DNA from: a candidate division WOR-3 bacterium
GTDB taxonomy: Bacteria; Hydrothermota; Hydrothermia; B15-G9; WFZT01
DNA: 26,576 nt
Reading direction: 5' to 3'
Assembly (NCBI GenBank): GCA_027053075.1
Contig: JALUEE010000100.1
Location: forward strand, 1 to 26,576
Both the position numbers and the translations under genes were made by a program. The notes beneath the pieces are model-generated. The model was not told the DNA's origin and did no database searches. It was given only the letters and a program-made list of their open reading frames with translations. Every line of letters starts with the position of its first letter. Within the stretch, counting starts at the first letter, position 1. This document shows positions 26,294 to 26,576 of this stretch, piece after piece.

Positions 26294-26340
26294 GGAAATT
26301 CAGTTGTAAACAGGGGATAAAATTTGATTGTATAAGAGGG

Positions 26341-26369
26341 TTGACAATATACAGTGGCGGGGATATATT
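26341..26369 (+). promoter_or_regulatory. Sigma70 promoter directly upstream of the 23S rRNA gene
   Basis: TTGACA (26341-26346), 17 nt, TATATT (26364-26369). Confidence 0.85.
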
Positions 26370-26408
26370 AATAGAGCCTTAACAAAAGGATAAGGTAAGG
26401 AAGCATTC

Positions 26409-26421
26409 TGGTCTTTGAAAA
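26409..26421 (+). promoter_or_regulatory. rRNA boxA-like antitermination/processing motif
   Basis: TGGTCTTTGAAAA between the promoter and the 23S 5' end, matching the CTTTGAAAA boxA form. Confidence 0.75.
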
Positions 26422-26446
26422 TGAAGTGGGTTTGGTTCAGGTAAGT

Positions 26447-26576
26447 GGTTAAGTTACTAAGGGCGTCTGGTGGATGCCTTGGCGCCAGGAGGCGATGAAG
26501 GGCGTGGCAAGCTGCGATAAGCCCGGGGGAGGCGCAAGCGGCCTTTGATCCCGGGATGCCCGAATGGGGAAACCCG
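26447..26576 (+). rRNA. rrl: 23S rRNA, 5' fragment (runs off the window)
   Basis: GGTTAAG...TAAGGGCG...GGTGGATGCCTTGGC...GCGATGAAGG..GTGG...GCTGCGATAAGC...CCGAATGGGGAAACCC matches the conserved 23S 5' end. Confidence 0.97.

Overview
Bacterial chromosomal window with sigma70-type promoters and AGGAGG Shine-Dalgarno sites. An MlaD and a signal-peptide DegP suggest a diderm; the lineage cannot be fixed from the sequence alone. The left ~9 kb looks accessory. It holds a cluster of REP-like GC-rich hairpins (1-388), a CoiA-like PD-(D/E)xK nuclease, and a minus-strand three-gene operon (class I glutamine amidotransferase-like hydrolase, GCS2-family gamma-glutamyl ligase, NSAR/OSBS-type enolase-superfamily racemase). 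It also holds a 1371-aa NLR-like protein with an unknown N-terminal domain, a STAND-type P-loop NTPase and 14 TPR-like 46-aa repeats that are near-identical in DNA. The rest is mostly housekeeping: feoAB behind a Fur-like box, a minus-strand rplM-rpsI-rpsB-tsf-pyrH-frr-uppS-cdsA-mazG-like-UPF0104 run, and a plus-strand fsa/tal-degP-mlaD-radA-PIN/TRAM-MBL hydrolase-pyrD-tnaA run. The window ends in the 5' end of a 23S rRNA gene with its own promoter and boxA and no 16S gene upstream. The best candidates for new biology are (i) the shuffled, groove-hypervariable TPR sensor of the STAND protein and (ii) a putative gamma-glutamylate/epimerise/deglutamylate pathway. All functional assignments come from motif reading, not database searches.
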